Positions 1 to 13,321 of a stretch of 64,000 bases of DNA are shown one piece after another (position 1 is the stretch's first letter; every line of letters begins with the position of its first letter). The notes beneath the pieces are model-generated. The model was not told the origin of the DNA and made no database searches. It was given only the letters and a program-made list of their open reading frames with translations. The position numbers were made by a program, and so were the translations under genes. The stretch is from Chrysomallon squamiferum. Taxonomy: Eukaryota; Animalia; Mollusca. Where the stretch lies: the NCBI GenBank assembly GCA_012295275.1, contig CM022672.1:25978001-26042000 (forward strand), given 5' to 3'.

Positions 1-1494
1 AAAAACGCCTGTTTTGCACGTGCAAACATGTTATCTCTCCCGTCAGTCAAATGTAATATTTACCACTATTTGCTTGACAGCGCTGTTTATAATATCACAG
101 AAATGAGGGCGTTGTTTTTTACATGCAAACAAATGAGACAGATTTCGTGAAACACCGAGTCTGTTATAACTGAACAAAGTGAACATTAAACTTAGAAAAG
201 CAGCAACATTAATACTTTTTATTTATCTCAGATATTTAAACATTCAGTATATCTGTCGAACACTAACATTATCTTATACATACTATAATATTTTACTATA
301 CATGTTAAAATCTTCATCATTATTGTCATGGCTAGCGTAATCAGTAAGAAACAGAATCATTATCCGGTTACGTCAAATGTTTAACTTTCAAAATCATTGT
401 TGCGTGCCTTGTATTGGGTTTATAACATGTCTTTTCTGTTTTGTTTGATACCATTGTGTTTTTTTCTTCTTATGATGACGATGATGGCATAGATCATTAT
501 AATAATTTGCTTATTTATTATAATTAATTTATTATTATTTTTTTTATTATTATTATTAGTAGTAGTAGTAGAAGTAGTATTGCTGTTACAGTTGCTTATT
601 TATTATAATTAATTTATTATTATTATTTATATTTTTATGATTATTAGTAGTAGTAGTAGTAGAAGTAGAATTGCTGTTACAATTTTAATTGTTGCTTATC
701 CAAATTTAGTCTTAAAGACATTGTTTCATATTCATTCAACACTTTCTAAACTGTAGAGTATCTGACACGAAATCACGAACAAAAGAACCATACATTGTGC
801 TGGTGCTAGAATACATACATTGTACTCAGTGTGTTAATCACAACACATCGACAGTGTTAAGAATGTTTAACATGTTAAACTGTTTTCTCAGTTCTGTCTT
901 ACGCAGTTTAAACTAGTAAATGTTAAAGGCACGTTCATACAGCGCGATTTCAAATAACCCAACAGATTTATTTTCTGCTCGTTTGACGGTAAAAAAAAAA
1001 AGAAGAAAAAGAAAATTGTTTCTTTGTTAAAATTGTAAATTGTAATCGTATGACATTGGCGCTGTAAAGCTGTATAGGTTGATAAAAGTCTCGATAAGTA
1101 CTGTCTGATCATGTTTTTAGCAAAAAGTTAATTAATTCAAAAGAAATTCAGATAACGTAAAAGTTAAAACGTAGAAAGTATTAACTGATGAATGAAGGGA
1201 TTAAACAAATAAAGAATAGAAAACAAAAATTAAATTTTATAAAAATTAAAATTAAATAAAAATTAAATTTTAAATTAGTAAATAAATAACATTTTAGAAA
1301 ATTTCAAATGTTTTTAAATGATAATATAATTCACTATTTCTTTTTTAGAAAATGTTTTTTTTTTTTAATCTTTTAGACAGTTACTAATATTGTTGTTTCT
1401 AAACGATAAAAAAAAAAAAAAAAAAAAAAGGAAATATATCGAAGACTGCATGCATATAATGAGCTCTTGTAACAAACTATTTAACTCATGTATT

Positions 1495-1790
1495 GTTATG
1501 ATAAGCGGTAATACACTAAACAAAGAACCGTTACTCCCAAACACCGGAAGTAGACAATCTGTAAAATCTCGCCTGTTTCCGGCAATATTCGGAACATCCT
1601 ACTGACCGGCACTGACAGGAAGTAGTTTGAATAAGTGGATCTTATTTCTTTACAATCTCGAGAGATCTCCTGCTGGTGCTGTTGGTCCTCCAATCACGTC
1701 GGAAGCAGCCGTGCATGTTGCCTGCTGATGTCGCTGTCATAGTGGACGTCGTTGCAAGTTTCAGCACCTGACGAGGAAACTGATAAGAAA
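1495..1790. promoter_or_regulatory. Candidate intronic enhancer of Hhex (ETS/GATA/Myb/E-box cluster)
   Basis: GC-richer island in AT-rich flanks with TGATAAG 1499-1505 and 1781-1787, CCGTTA (Myb TAACGG, minus strand) 1528-1533, ACCGGAAGT 1543-1551, TTTCCGG 1576-1582, ACAGGAAGT 1615-1623, CGGAAGC 1700-1706 and CACCTG 1765-1770. No credible ORF. Confidence 0.5.
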
Positions 1791-1843
1791 AAAAACATTT
1801 GTTTAATAATGAATCATAATTTTAAAAATGTGTAATAAATTTA

Positions 1844-1929
<86 letters not shown>

Positions 1930-2039
1930 TAATATAATAAATAAATAAATTAATGCGAGAGAGACAAAGAAAATTAGAAAAGAAAAATGATAAAGTAAAT
2001 TTTAAAAATAAATAAAATTAAGAAAAGAAAATAATAAAA

Positions 2040-2440
2040 TAAATTTAAATTAATTAATTAAAAAAAATAAAAAAATAAAAATTGTAAAGAATAAAAATCA
2101 GAATAAACAAATTTATTACAATTAATTAATTTAAAAATAATAAAATAAATAAATTCTAAAGAATAAAAATCAGAATAAACAAATGTATTAATTAATTAAT
2201 TTAAAAAATAATTAAAATATATAAATTGTAAAGAATAAAAATCATAATAAACAAATTTATTAATTAAGTAATTTAAAAAATAATAAAAATAAATAAATTG
2301 TAAAGAATAAAAATCAGAATAAACAAATTTATTAATTAAGTAATTTAAAAAATAATAAAAATAAATAAACTTTAAAGAATAAGAATCATAATAAACAAAT
2401 TATTAATTAATTATTTTAAAAAATAATAATAAAAATAAAT
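2040..2440. repeat. AT-rich minisatellite, 72-bp period, about 5 copies
   Basis: TAAAGAATAA(A/G)AATCA(G/T)AATAAACAAAT recurs at 2085, 2157, 2229, 2301 and 2373, exactly 72 bp apart. Confidence 0.9.
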
Positions 2441-2544
2441 AAATTTAAAATACGGTTGCAAAGCTGGAAACAACAACAGCAATAACAACGACAACAAAAC
2501 GACAACAAAATGACGACGACGACAACAACAACGACAACAATAAA

Positions 2545-2578
<34 letters not shown>

Positions 2579-2773
2579 GCAACAACTATAGCCCCACAAT
2601 AACAATAATAATACAAATTAAACAGTTACAAAAATTCAGTATCATAATAAATAATTAGGTTGTTATACGTTTCAAATAAACAAGTACGGGCAATGATCAC
2701 TGGTGTTATTTTTCAAAGAATGAAAATTATTATTATTATAATTATTTATTTTATTTTATTTTATTAATTTCAG

Positions 2774-3185
2774 TCTGCCCGAGGTCGTTTCTGTGGAACC
2801 CGTACGTGACGCGTCCCATGCACAAAAGAAAAGGCGGACAAGTGAGGTTTTCTAACGATCAGACGTTGGAACTGGAAAAAAAGTTTGAGAGTCAGAAGTA
2901 TTTATCTCCCCCTGAGAGAAAGAGATTGGCCAAACTTCTGCAGCTTACAGAACGTCAGGTAAATAATATAGTATTTTATTTAGTGTATTGTCATAGACAT
3001 ATAACATAGCCATTGGTTTCGTCATTCCCCTAATATTAAAAAACTCAAAAAATATAAACAAACAAGAAAAAGCTTAAATAATAGTTTTTTGTTTTGTTAA
3101 ACTATTTTTTTTTTTTTTTTTTTTTAATTGTATATTATAATTTAAAGATAAAATAATAAAAATAAAATAATTAAATAAATAAATA

Positions 3186-3226
<41 letters not shown>

Positions 3227-3639
3227 AACATAATTCAAAAATAGGCTAAAAAATCGAAATAAAAGTTGAAATAAATATATTCATTATATGAATTATAAGT
3301 TCAACTGAAATATACAGTTCTCAGTAACAAAATATCGATGTCATACCAGACTGAAAGCCAAAATAATGTTGAATATGAATAAAACAAATCATAAAATACA
3401 TAAAAAGACGAAAAAGTTTTTATTATTTTGAATTACAAGAAAGTAAATCTAATGAACGAAGATAAATAAAGTCGTTGAAATCTTTTCGAAATCGATCTTT
3501 ATTTAATAAATTAAAAATGTTTAAACAGCTGATCAATTTATTTATTTAAAAATAATGTCGATGACAATGAGTATGGTGGAACAAATAATAATAATAATTG
3601 TTATTGTTGTTATTATTATTATTATCATTATCATCATCA

Positions 3640-3695
<56 letters not shown>

Positions 3696-3701
3696 TTTAT
3701 T

Positions 3702-3736
<35 letters not shown>

Positions 3737-4404
3737 CGTCGTTATTATTATTATTTATAACAACATACGATACCAGCAGCAGCAACAAGAACAACAATAA
3801 CAAAAATAATTATAATAATTTTCGTTAAAGCGAGAATGATGTTGATAATATACTGTTAATGCAGAGTGTGTTATAAAACAGATTTCAATAAAACGCTTTG
3901 TTGTTTTTGTAGGTGAAAACCTGGTTTCAGAATAGAAGAGCAAAATGGCGACGCCTAAAACAGGTAACATATTCGTGTCACAGTTTTCTTTCTCTTTCAA
4001 GTTAAAATTATGATGTCATATTTTAATAAAGCCAAACAACAATAACAATAATGATGACGACGTCAATAAAAACCTCAACAACTGCTGCATAATAAAATAA
4101 CAGAGAACAGTAATTGTTACAACAACATTTATACTGTTTCAGTTATTAATTAGAAATCAGGCTTCAATTTTTACTAATAGCATTAGTATTACTGTTAAAA
4201 TTAATAAACTGTATTTTATTGTTTTTCTTCTAGGATTCGCCGACCTGTGAAGAAGGCAAGAAAACAGATTCTCACGACACGGAAATGACGTCATCACCAC
4301 ATGACGTGTCTGCTGTGTCAGACGAAACAGCAAGTCACATGAGCGACGATGATCTCCAATCAGACGACGACATAGACGTTGAAAACGAGGTTGAAGGCAC
4401 GTGA
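2774..4404 (+). CDS. HHEX: Haematopoietically expressed homeobox protein (Hhex/Prh), 3' part: exons 2774-2958, 3913-3963, 4234-4404 (TGA 4402-4404); first coding exon not in window
   Basis: Spliced translation [61 protein letters not shown]|[17 protein letters not shown]|DSPTCEE...[29 protein letters not shown] is the diagnostic Hhex homeodomain start and the acidic tail matches the family. Clean AG/GT boundaries at 2773/2959, 3912/3964 and 4233. Confidence 0.96.
3584..3760. repeat. Compound trinucleotide microsatellite (ATA/ATT/ATC/GTT)n in Hhex intron
   Basis: Direct reading; it generates the poly-I/L/N ORFs in the track. Confidence 0.9.
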
Positions 4405-5306
4405 CCAGTTTATTCAGTCCTGTGCACACTTTCGTATTACGTTAATAACATTAAGTGATCGTCCGTCCGTCCATCCAGTTCTGATTTTTCAGTTTTCTTT
4501 TAATATCTGCAAATCTAACAGAGTTATCTCCACCTTTCTGTTATGTTCCGGGAACAAACTGTTTTAACAATTTTAAAAAATGTAGAATAATCATTGTCTA
4601 AAAACAAATCCTATGTTTACGGATAAACCTTATGCACAAAGAAACATTTTGTTAGTATTTTGAGATATTTCCGTTGGAGGATCTGCTAAATTCCTATACA
4701 TAAAGACGAAAGCAAAAAGTCTTTTTAAACGTAGAATCTTGTTTGTGAAAACGACTGTCAGGCGATGTGACTCTGCATTAAGTGGAGCAATGGACCATCA
4801 CATTTTGACAAAAAAGAAAAAAGAGAGAGAGACTGAAAAAACAGTTTGAAGGTTACTATCGTCATTTCGTGAAGACTGTATTAAAAATTGTTATATACTA
4901 CACTATATAATTTACTATATCATAATAGAACACAAAAATCAATGATAAAGTTTTCTAAAAACTATTAAGAAGTAGCTTATGATACGACAGACAAAAATAT
5001 GAAGTGATCTCCTTGAAAAATGTGTTCTTAAAACAGAGACAGTGTGTGGTCACCTTTATAAATTCAAGCGATTACGAATTTAATTAATTTGACGTTCAGT
5101 TCTGCTGTTTACTGAAGACGTCGAAAAAATAAACTTTTACGTTCATGTACAAATACTGAGATGTTTAGTGTGTGTGACAAATATTAGATCAATAATAAAT
5201 CTATAATATGGAATTATGTGTTGTTTTTAATTGCCATTCTGTTTAGGCAGCATGTCTTCGGAATCTTAACGGACTTCGATCGATCCGTTTCAATAGAGAT
5301 GGATAG

Positions 5307-5311
<5 letters not shown>

Positions 5312-5400
<89 letters not shown>
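5312..5400. repeat. (GA)n microsatellite; similar tracts at 11343-11436, 31141-31240 and 45242-45326 (CT)n
   Basis: Direct reading. Confidence 0.95.
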
Positions 5401-5403
<3 letters not shown>

Positions 5404-5708
5404 TAAAAAAGAAGAAACATGCAAGACAATTTATGTTTCTCTGATTTAATATAATTTATAAACTACTCTGTTAATCTCAATCAGATATCTTCATTTCACA
5501 CATTTTATTTATTCTTATTTCAGACATCATTTTGATCATTAATAACAGACATATTTAGATAATTATTTAATTTTGAAAAAAAATATATAATGTATTACGT
5601 TACATTTTCATCCTAAACAGATAAATATAATTTACAAGAATACATATAAAATTGTTTGAATCTTTTATTTATTTATTTATTTACTTATGTATGTATTTAT
5701 GTATGTAT

Positions 5709-5775
<67 letters not shown>

Positions 5776-5964
5776 TGTATTTATTTATTTGAAGAAATTA
5801 TAAACAAACATTATAATATGTATTCGATTGTTGAAATGAAATAAAGTAATAATGATAATTTTTAAAAATACCATAAAAAATTGAAAATATATGATATTTC
5901 ACTTTACGAATTAAAGTTCTGATTTTGATTTCTTTTGTCTGTGCCTGGACCTACAAAAACACAA

Positions 5965-5998
<34 letters not shown>

Positions 5999-6879
5999 CA
6001 GTCTAAGTATAGAAATAACTTGGATCGTAATTTATTTAACTCGATTCAGTTTCCTGTTATTTTATTCAAACGTCATGAGATTCAAGTTATAGTTTTCGAG
6101 GCATTCTGCCCTGAATAATACATAAATATTCAGTGTGTACATTAAACCTACACAGTATACACTGTGCACTTTCAAGTTAAATTACATGACTGATTAGCGA
6201 AAACTAAATTAAACAAAGTCTTCAGATTACCTTCTGATACATAACAAACTTTCACTTTCGCTTTCATCTTTGACGCTTTAAGATTTTCGACAAATAAGCC
6301 ACCTGTGGATGTTTTGGTGACAGCCGCTTTCTTGCTTTGATGGTGAAAATACTGATTCCAGCAATAAAGACGATTGCTTGGCACCACGGTCACGTGGAAA
6401 GATTAAATAAGCGCAGTGTGTCTCTGTGTATAATCCTATTCACATAAAGGCAAAATCAGCTTGCTTGTTTGTAACTATGCACATGCAAACTCTCAGACAT
6501 ATCAAATTTGTGAGTGTAGCCAAGGAGGAAACGATTTAAAGATTATATTTCTTACACCATGTCCAAAGGTAAGATGTCGGGGGACACTTATAGAAGGAAA
6601 GAGAAATATGGCTGTCAGTGTCCATAAGGGAAAGAGGAATTGGCTTCATATAATAATTTGGTTCTAAAAGAAAGTATTTCTTTGTAATGTTCAGGTAATT
6701 GCTATTTGCAAAATCTGGGCTCTGTCCAGGCAACCCTGTTTGCCGATTTTAGTAAATGATAAAAAATGGTGATTAAAACCTTACTATTTTCACAGAGAAC
6801 AAATCATGTGGTTTCTGTGAAGATGAAAAACAAATAGAAAATGGTAACTCAACTTTATCGAACTTATTCCTTTTTCATT

Positions 6880-7040
6880 CCAATACCATACGATACTATG
6901 CCTTGCCGTGCCCTTCCCTGCATACCATACCATATCACACCGTACCATACCATACCACACTACACCATACCATACCACACCGTACCATACCAAATCATAC
7001 CATACCACACCACATACCATACCATACCATACCATATATC
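6880..7040. repeat. Pentanucleotide (CCATA/CCACA)n satellite
   Basis: Direct reading, e.g. cataccataccacaccgtaccataccaaatcataccatacc. Confidence 0.9.
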
Positions 7041-7640
7041 ATACTATATAGCGACACTGTGCTGTACTGTGAGTGTATCAGTCTGCGGCATACGGCACTC
7101 ATGACATAGTTTATACATAAAGTCTAAGTCGTGTGTCTGTCACACAGAAGAGCGTCTGGGAGCAGTCTGCCTGTCAAACTTGTTTGATCAGGCGCAAGTT
7201 TGGCGTCTTTCACGTAACATTAGATTAACACATTATCTTATTTATTTCTCCTAGCTGTTCGCTGGCAAATGTTAATGAAATCCATTAAGTAATAATTTAA
7301 TAAAAAAAAAAATAATAAATACAAAAATTCAGAATAAAATAAAAACCAGATGGTTGTAATTATAATTTTAAGATTTTTTTGTTGTTATTTGGGGTTTTTT
7401 TTATTTTTTATTATTTTTCCCCCTAATATTAGAAAAATGATAGAACATCTAATAATGATCGAGACATAAATTATCAATGTAGTCTTCAAAAAAAATAAAA
7501 CAAGAAAGCTGGGTAATTTATGATATTGTGTTAATGGTATGAAATAAGTTTATAATATTTCTTTTTAAACTGAATCTTTTAATGGTAGAAAAAAAACTAA
7601 AAAAATTATGTAAATATATATGGTTGATTTTTTGTGTTTT

Positions 7641-7678
<38 letters not shown>

Positions 7679-8986
7679 ATTCACCAGTCTTTGTTAATTA
7701 TAAAGTACGAATATCACATAATTATCTCACAAGGATTTATTTGAATATAAATTATTGACATTATTAAATTACAAGAAGATAAACCTTTCAAACGGCTTTT
7801 CCTTCCTTATTTTTAAATAAAATGAATTCGAAACCTGTTTGTAAAAATGAGTAATATTAAGTTGTTCTAATGGACTCTATTACTACTAAAATACATCATT
7901 ATTATATTCAGCGCCACCACGATCACCACTACTACTATTACATCTTATACGATTACTAAGGTATAAATGATACATCTAAATTTAGGTCTTTATTTTTTTT
8001 CATATGACAAAGCAGGGAACGTGATACTTGATTTATTTAACGTGAATAAAATGTCAAACATAACCCTTTCGCTTGAGCAGGTGATCCTGAATAATATCCA
8101 AATACCTCTATACACCGCTTATTGTAAAACAACGCCCTTAAACTTAATAAATTATCAGCTATTGCATTAAAGTAACTGATATGTTTGGCTTCCGATTAGC
8201 AGCATTATCTTCACGCCACAAACCATTACGATTAGCTTGGAAGGAAGAGACACGCGGGCGGCCAGAAGGCAAAAGTAAGCGCTACGGCGGTCGTCTGCTT
8301 CAGCGTAATTGTCTTTTAATACGTCGTCTGATCGTGACAGGCGGGCGGGAAGACCATCTATCACCTCGCATTGCTGCGTCGATGTAAACGGAAGAATACG
8401 GAGATAAAATGTTTCAGGGAAGTGGGTGTCGGAAAAGACCGGTTTGACGATTTTCGTTGACGTTCTTCTCATCGTTGGTCATAACTTTTAACACGCGTGC
8501 TTTCGCTGTTGGGGCAACGCTGCAATGAACAAGCCATATTGTGTCCACCTCTAAAGGTTTGTTCACTCAAAACGACTTTCACTAACAGTTTTCAGTTACT
8601 CATTACAAAAGAAAATTAAAGCGAAACCTTCGTGGGCACTCATGCTATTTGAAAATGCTTGAGATTTTATTTTTGTTTTATTTTTATAAGACTATTTTCT
8701 TTTTGTTTTTTTGTTTTTGTTATTTGTTTATTTCGTATGTGATGGGAATCCCAATACAATACAATACAATACGCAGAATAGCATAATATAAAAAGTGTTC
8801 TGTTTGTTCGTACATACAGAAGTATCTAAGATTATATACAAGACGTGTGCATGTTTAAAGGTATGTTTATTCATCCTAACTTGCACTAACAGTTTTATAT
8901 TACATGTTGCACTGTTTTCATCAAATTAAAGAACAGTTTTGCAGTCATACATAACTAGGAAAGATTTAGCTGGTTTCATCAGGAAC

Positions 8987-9446
8987 AATATTTTCATTAA
9001 ATTCTCTTTTCATCTTGTCGAAAAAAAGAACAGTGTTTGATATAGCACATTAAACCATTTTTGCACTTATATCGATATAGATACATCACGCTGTACATAA
9101 ACTGAATGCCTAGTATGTGTGCGTGTTGTGCGTGTGCGTGTGCGTGTGCGTGTTTATCGGGTTTAATCCGCTTGAGTATATACTCTGGCACTAGCTGTCA
9201 CTGTTAATTTGACTAACGTGACTGCTGCATGACAAGTTCCTGCCAAGTCAGTACTCGCAGTTTTCAAAGGTCAGATGTTTAGACTGGCTCCGACCTACCG
9301 CGTTTGAAGTACCAGCATCCACAACAGTGTTGCGCCTCAAAGATGGCAGCTAATCAAACGCCGTGATCTAAAGAGGCAAAGTTCTCCAACAATTTCATAA
9401 TTGTAGAAATTTAATATTTTCATTAAATTCTCTTTTCATCTTGTCG
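8987..9446. repeat. Perfect 34-bp direct repeat (8987-9020 and 9413-9446) flanking a 392-bp unique segment
   Basis: AATATTTTCATTAAATTCTCTTTTCATCTTGTCG occurs twice, each followed shortly by AAAAGAACA. Confidence 0.85.
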
Positions 9447-11319
9447 TGAAGGAAAAGAACACTTGAAAAGTTACAAGCTTGAGCGAATGAGTCGCGTGCC
9501 ATAAACTTATTTCTGTTTCTGACCTCGGAGATATTTACGTTTTAATTAAGCTATTAAATGAAGTAAATATTCAGAAATATGACAACAACAACAACAACAA
9601 CATAGTTAAATGAATTAATTAACACCAGCTGTATTTCTTTATAACAAACTTTGTATCAAAGGGCGTTAGCCTGAAGGTCAGTAAAAAAAAAAGTAAAAAT
9701 AATAATAATAAAAAGCGCAAACTGAAATTGAAACAAAAGCTGAACAAATAAGTAAATAAATAAATAAATAAACGAATAGATAAACAAATGATAAATAAAT
9801 AAAGATAAATAAAAAAAAATTGTTATTATTTTTTTAAAGAACATTATTAGCTTTTAAATTTAACAGTAATAAAATATTTTTGATTAAGCTTTTAATTTAA
9901 AACCATAAAACTAAGAATAAAGTATTTGGTACAATGAATATAAGTGATATTTTTAATTGTCTCAGAGTGATTAAAACTCTTTATGTTATATAATGTCTCC
10001 AATCAAAATTAACTGATATCATATTCAGTAGAAACTGACCCAATTAAACCAATTTAAAAATAAGAATGTAATATCTAGAATACTTGAATCTCAAATTAAT
10101 ATGAAACTTGTGATAAAAGTTAGTTTATAGAAAAATGTTTTCGAAGTTAGTTATAAAAACGATTAGATTTAATGAATCGTTATGTTATCTGGTAATGTTT
10201 TAATAGTACATAGTAAGGAAACTGTCTCTGTGGAATATTCATGGTTGTCCACATGTCTGTTTACGTAACTATTTCAGATATTTAACATCTCTCTCACTCT
10301 CACACACAAACACATATACATACATACCCATACATGCACACACGTTTGTGTATGTATGTGTTTAGGTTCATATGTGTATGCGCATATTTGTGTATGTATA
10401 TGTAAATGTACATGTGTGCGTATGTATGTGTATATCTATTTTTGAATGTATGTATGTATCCATGTGTTTATGTATGTATGTATGTATTTTTGTATATATG
10501 TATGTGTGTATGTATGTATGTATGTATGTATGTATGTATATCATGTATTTATGTATATATGAACTAGAATCACATTATAAAAACCAACTGACCTATTATA
10601 ACTAAAACCTACGTAAATAATATACCTAAACGTGTCTTTATATCACAGAAACAACTTTAGTACATTAAATGCTATTCAAACATATACATTACTCGACTTT
10701 CAAGAAAACAGGATTAAAGATGTTTCCAGATCTGGTTTTTCGGTTCTGGTCTTCCATTTGAAGACTGTCGCAACATCAGGGGAATGTGGCGCATGCGTAG
10801 CTCGTGCAGCAGATAACATTTGTCACGTGGAGATTAATAGCAAGTGATAGAATCTAATGTAGACAGTATTGACTGCTACATACAAATAAATAACACGTGG
10901 ATATTTTCGTGGATGGATTCCAAGGAATGATGATGACGTTGAAACGAGATAGATACTGTAAAGTGGTTTCAGATCACTCTCTTTCCTCGCCTAACACAGA
11001 ATTCAAAAGATGGCTGATAATATTCAAAAAGCAGTTCTGATTACAAGATTTTATTGATATGGGTCAGAAGTAAATATGAGTGACTATAGTGAAACGAAAC
11101 TTTTTTTTTTTTTTTTTTTTCTTTTACTGCTATATCAAACAAAATGTGGAAAATAAAAACACAGACAGAATTAAAGAAACTCAGAAACACACATATACAC
11201 ATATACTGATATATATATAAAAACAGTGTAATACTTACATTCAAACGTCAGATATATTATTTACAAATCTTACACATACATGCGGTTGCATCTGTCTGTG
11301 TGTAAGAGTGTGTGTGTGT

Positions 11320-11441
<122 letters not shown>

Positions 11442-13258
11442 GCTTTTTAATGTTTACTAAATTTCCCATCGCTCGCCATGAAATTTTATAATTACTGTTG
11501 GAAAAGTCCGGAAATTTAAGTTTACCGTTGACCACAGCGTCCGAAGATGGTGTCACTGTGTCGCCAGACAGGACAACACGTTCAGTCGCCATTGTTACTG
11601 CCAGTCACTAGATAAGGACTAAACGTGTGTGATTGTGTTAGTATATATCGCCGGGACAAAAGAGAAGGTATAACTGACTAGTTCAAATGTTTACACAAAA
11701 CGTGACAAGTGCAAATAGGCTTGAACGACAAGTTTTTCGAGCAAATTAACTGCCAATTAGCGACAATAGCAAACACACAGGCTAAGTACTCTATCTGAAG
11801 CAACACAGTCGGAACAAAGCCAGGGGAGAAAGTGACCACCGTTGTTAGCAGACACCAGCCGACTATGTCAACCTCTTTGACGTGGACACCGTCACTCGAC
11901 TGGCTCAAGCAGCAGCTACAATGTGTAGGCAAACACTTTGTTTGAGTCTTTGTATGGTCGTTTGATTCACTCGTTAATGGCTTCCAACAACAGAGCGCCA
12001 AACAATGACCAGCCCAAACCTGACACCATGTCAAAACCGCTGCTTCCCAAGTATTCACTTGCCCTGATCTTTCAAAAGAGCAGTGGCTGTGAAATGTTAC
12101 ATTTCGTCACGATGAATGAGATGAAGAACGAGTACAAGAAGAAAAAGAAGAAGAAGAACAAGAAGATAAAGAAAAGACGAAGAAAGATGAAGAAGAGAAG
12201 AAGAAGAAATTGTAATAGGAGCAGAAAAGGATAAGAAGAATATTAAAAACCGAAGATGATTCTTATTTTTTTAAAAGAAACAGAATGGAAAAAAAGAAAG
12301 AATAAGAGTAAAAGAACAGATCTAAAACTGTAAATTCGAAAATGAAGAATAAATAAATAAATAAATAAATTCAAAGAATCTAATCAATTTTCTATCTCCG
12401 ATATTCCATCAGAATCTCAATGGCTAAATTTACTAAGAAAAGACAACAACAAGCTGAGGTTTGGGACGAGAATATGGAAAAACGAAGAAGGGAAAGCTAC
12501 AAAGTAGTAAGGGAAATATTATACGTAGCGGAAGCGAAGGAGAAAGAGGGGGAGAGGGGGAGGGAGGGGGTCAGGAAGAGGAGGAGAGAGGCAGAGAGGT
12601 GAAATTTACACATATTTGTTAATAATTAATATTTCATTTAATACTGAACACAGAATTCATTAGCGACATACATATTTATTTTTTCATTATGGTTTTTATT
12701 ACAGAACACCAAACGTTTAAGTTCTTTGATCTCTTTTATTCCACTCCCGCCAATCAAAGCTCGAGTTCAAACACTGACAAACTGCATCCGTTTCAGAAAG
12801 TGATAGTTTTGGGATTTGCACAAACATTAAAGCAAACAGGATCATCTGTGTACGAAGAACGGACACAAACAACAACACGGGATTTATTTTGCCTTTTATC
12901 TGGCGGGTGGCAAGATGTTCATGAAACGAGCTCGGTGATAATATAATCCCGAGTGTACCCGATAACGCCCGACAATTTCCGATAAGCATGCGGCGGTCCT
13001 GTAGTTTTGCGAATCTCTCTTGGATTTACATTTGTGAAATGTTTGTGTTGTATTGTTTTGTTATCTGTTGACGAATTCACGATGATACGTCTTCAGAATA
13101 TAAAAGAAAGACAAGAAAAGTCATCAGAGATTCGAAGTTAAAAGTTACAGAAAGGATTATAGCAATAGTCGCAGTAGTAATAATGATAAGGATAGCGGGG
13201 GCACCTGCAGCATTAATAGTAGTAGTAATAGCATAAGTAGTAAACAGAAGGAAAAAAG

Positions 13259-13321
<63 letters not shown>

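Noticed and set aside
2040-2440. Regularly spaced repeat superficially like a CRISPR array
   Set aside because: The whole 72-bp unit repeats (no unique spacers), the context is a eukaryotic intron, and there are no cas genes.
8167-8472. ORFs of 101 aa (-) and 68 aa (+) in a GC-rich island; likewise 11678-12058 and 15786-16097
   Set aside because: No recognisable protein motifs or exon chain; better explained as non-coding islands.
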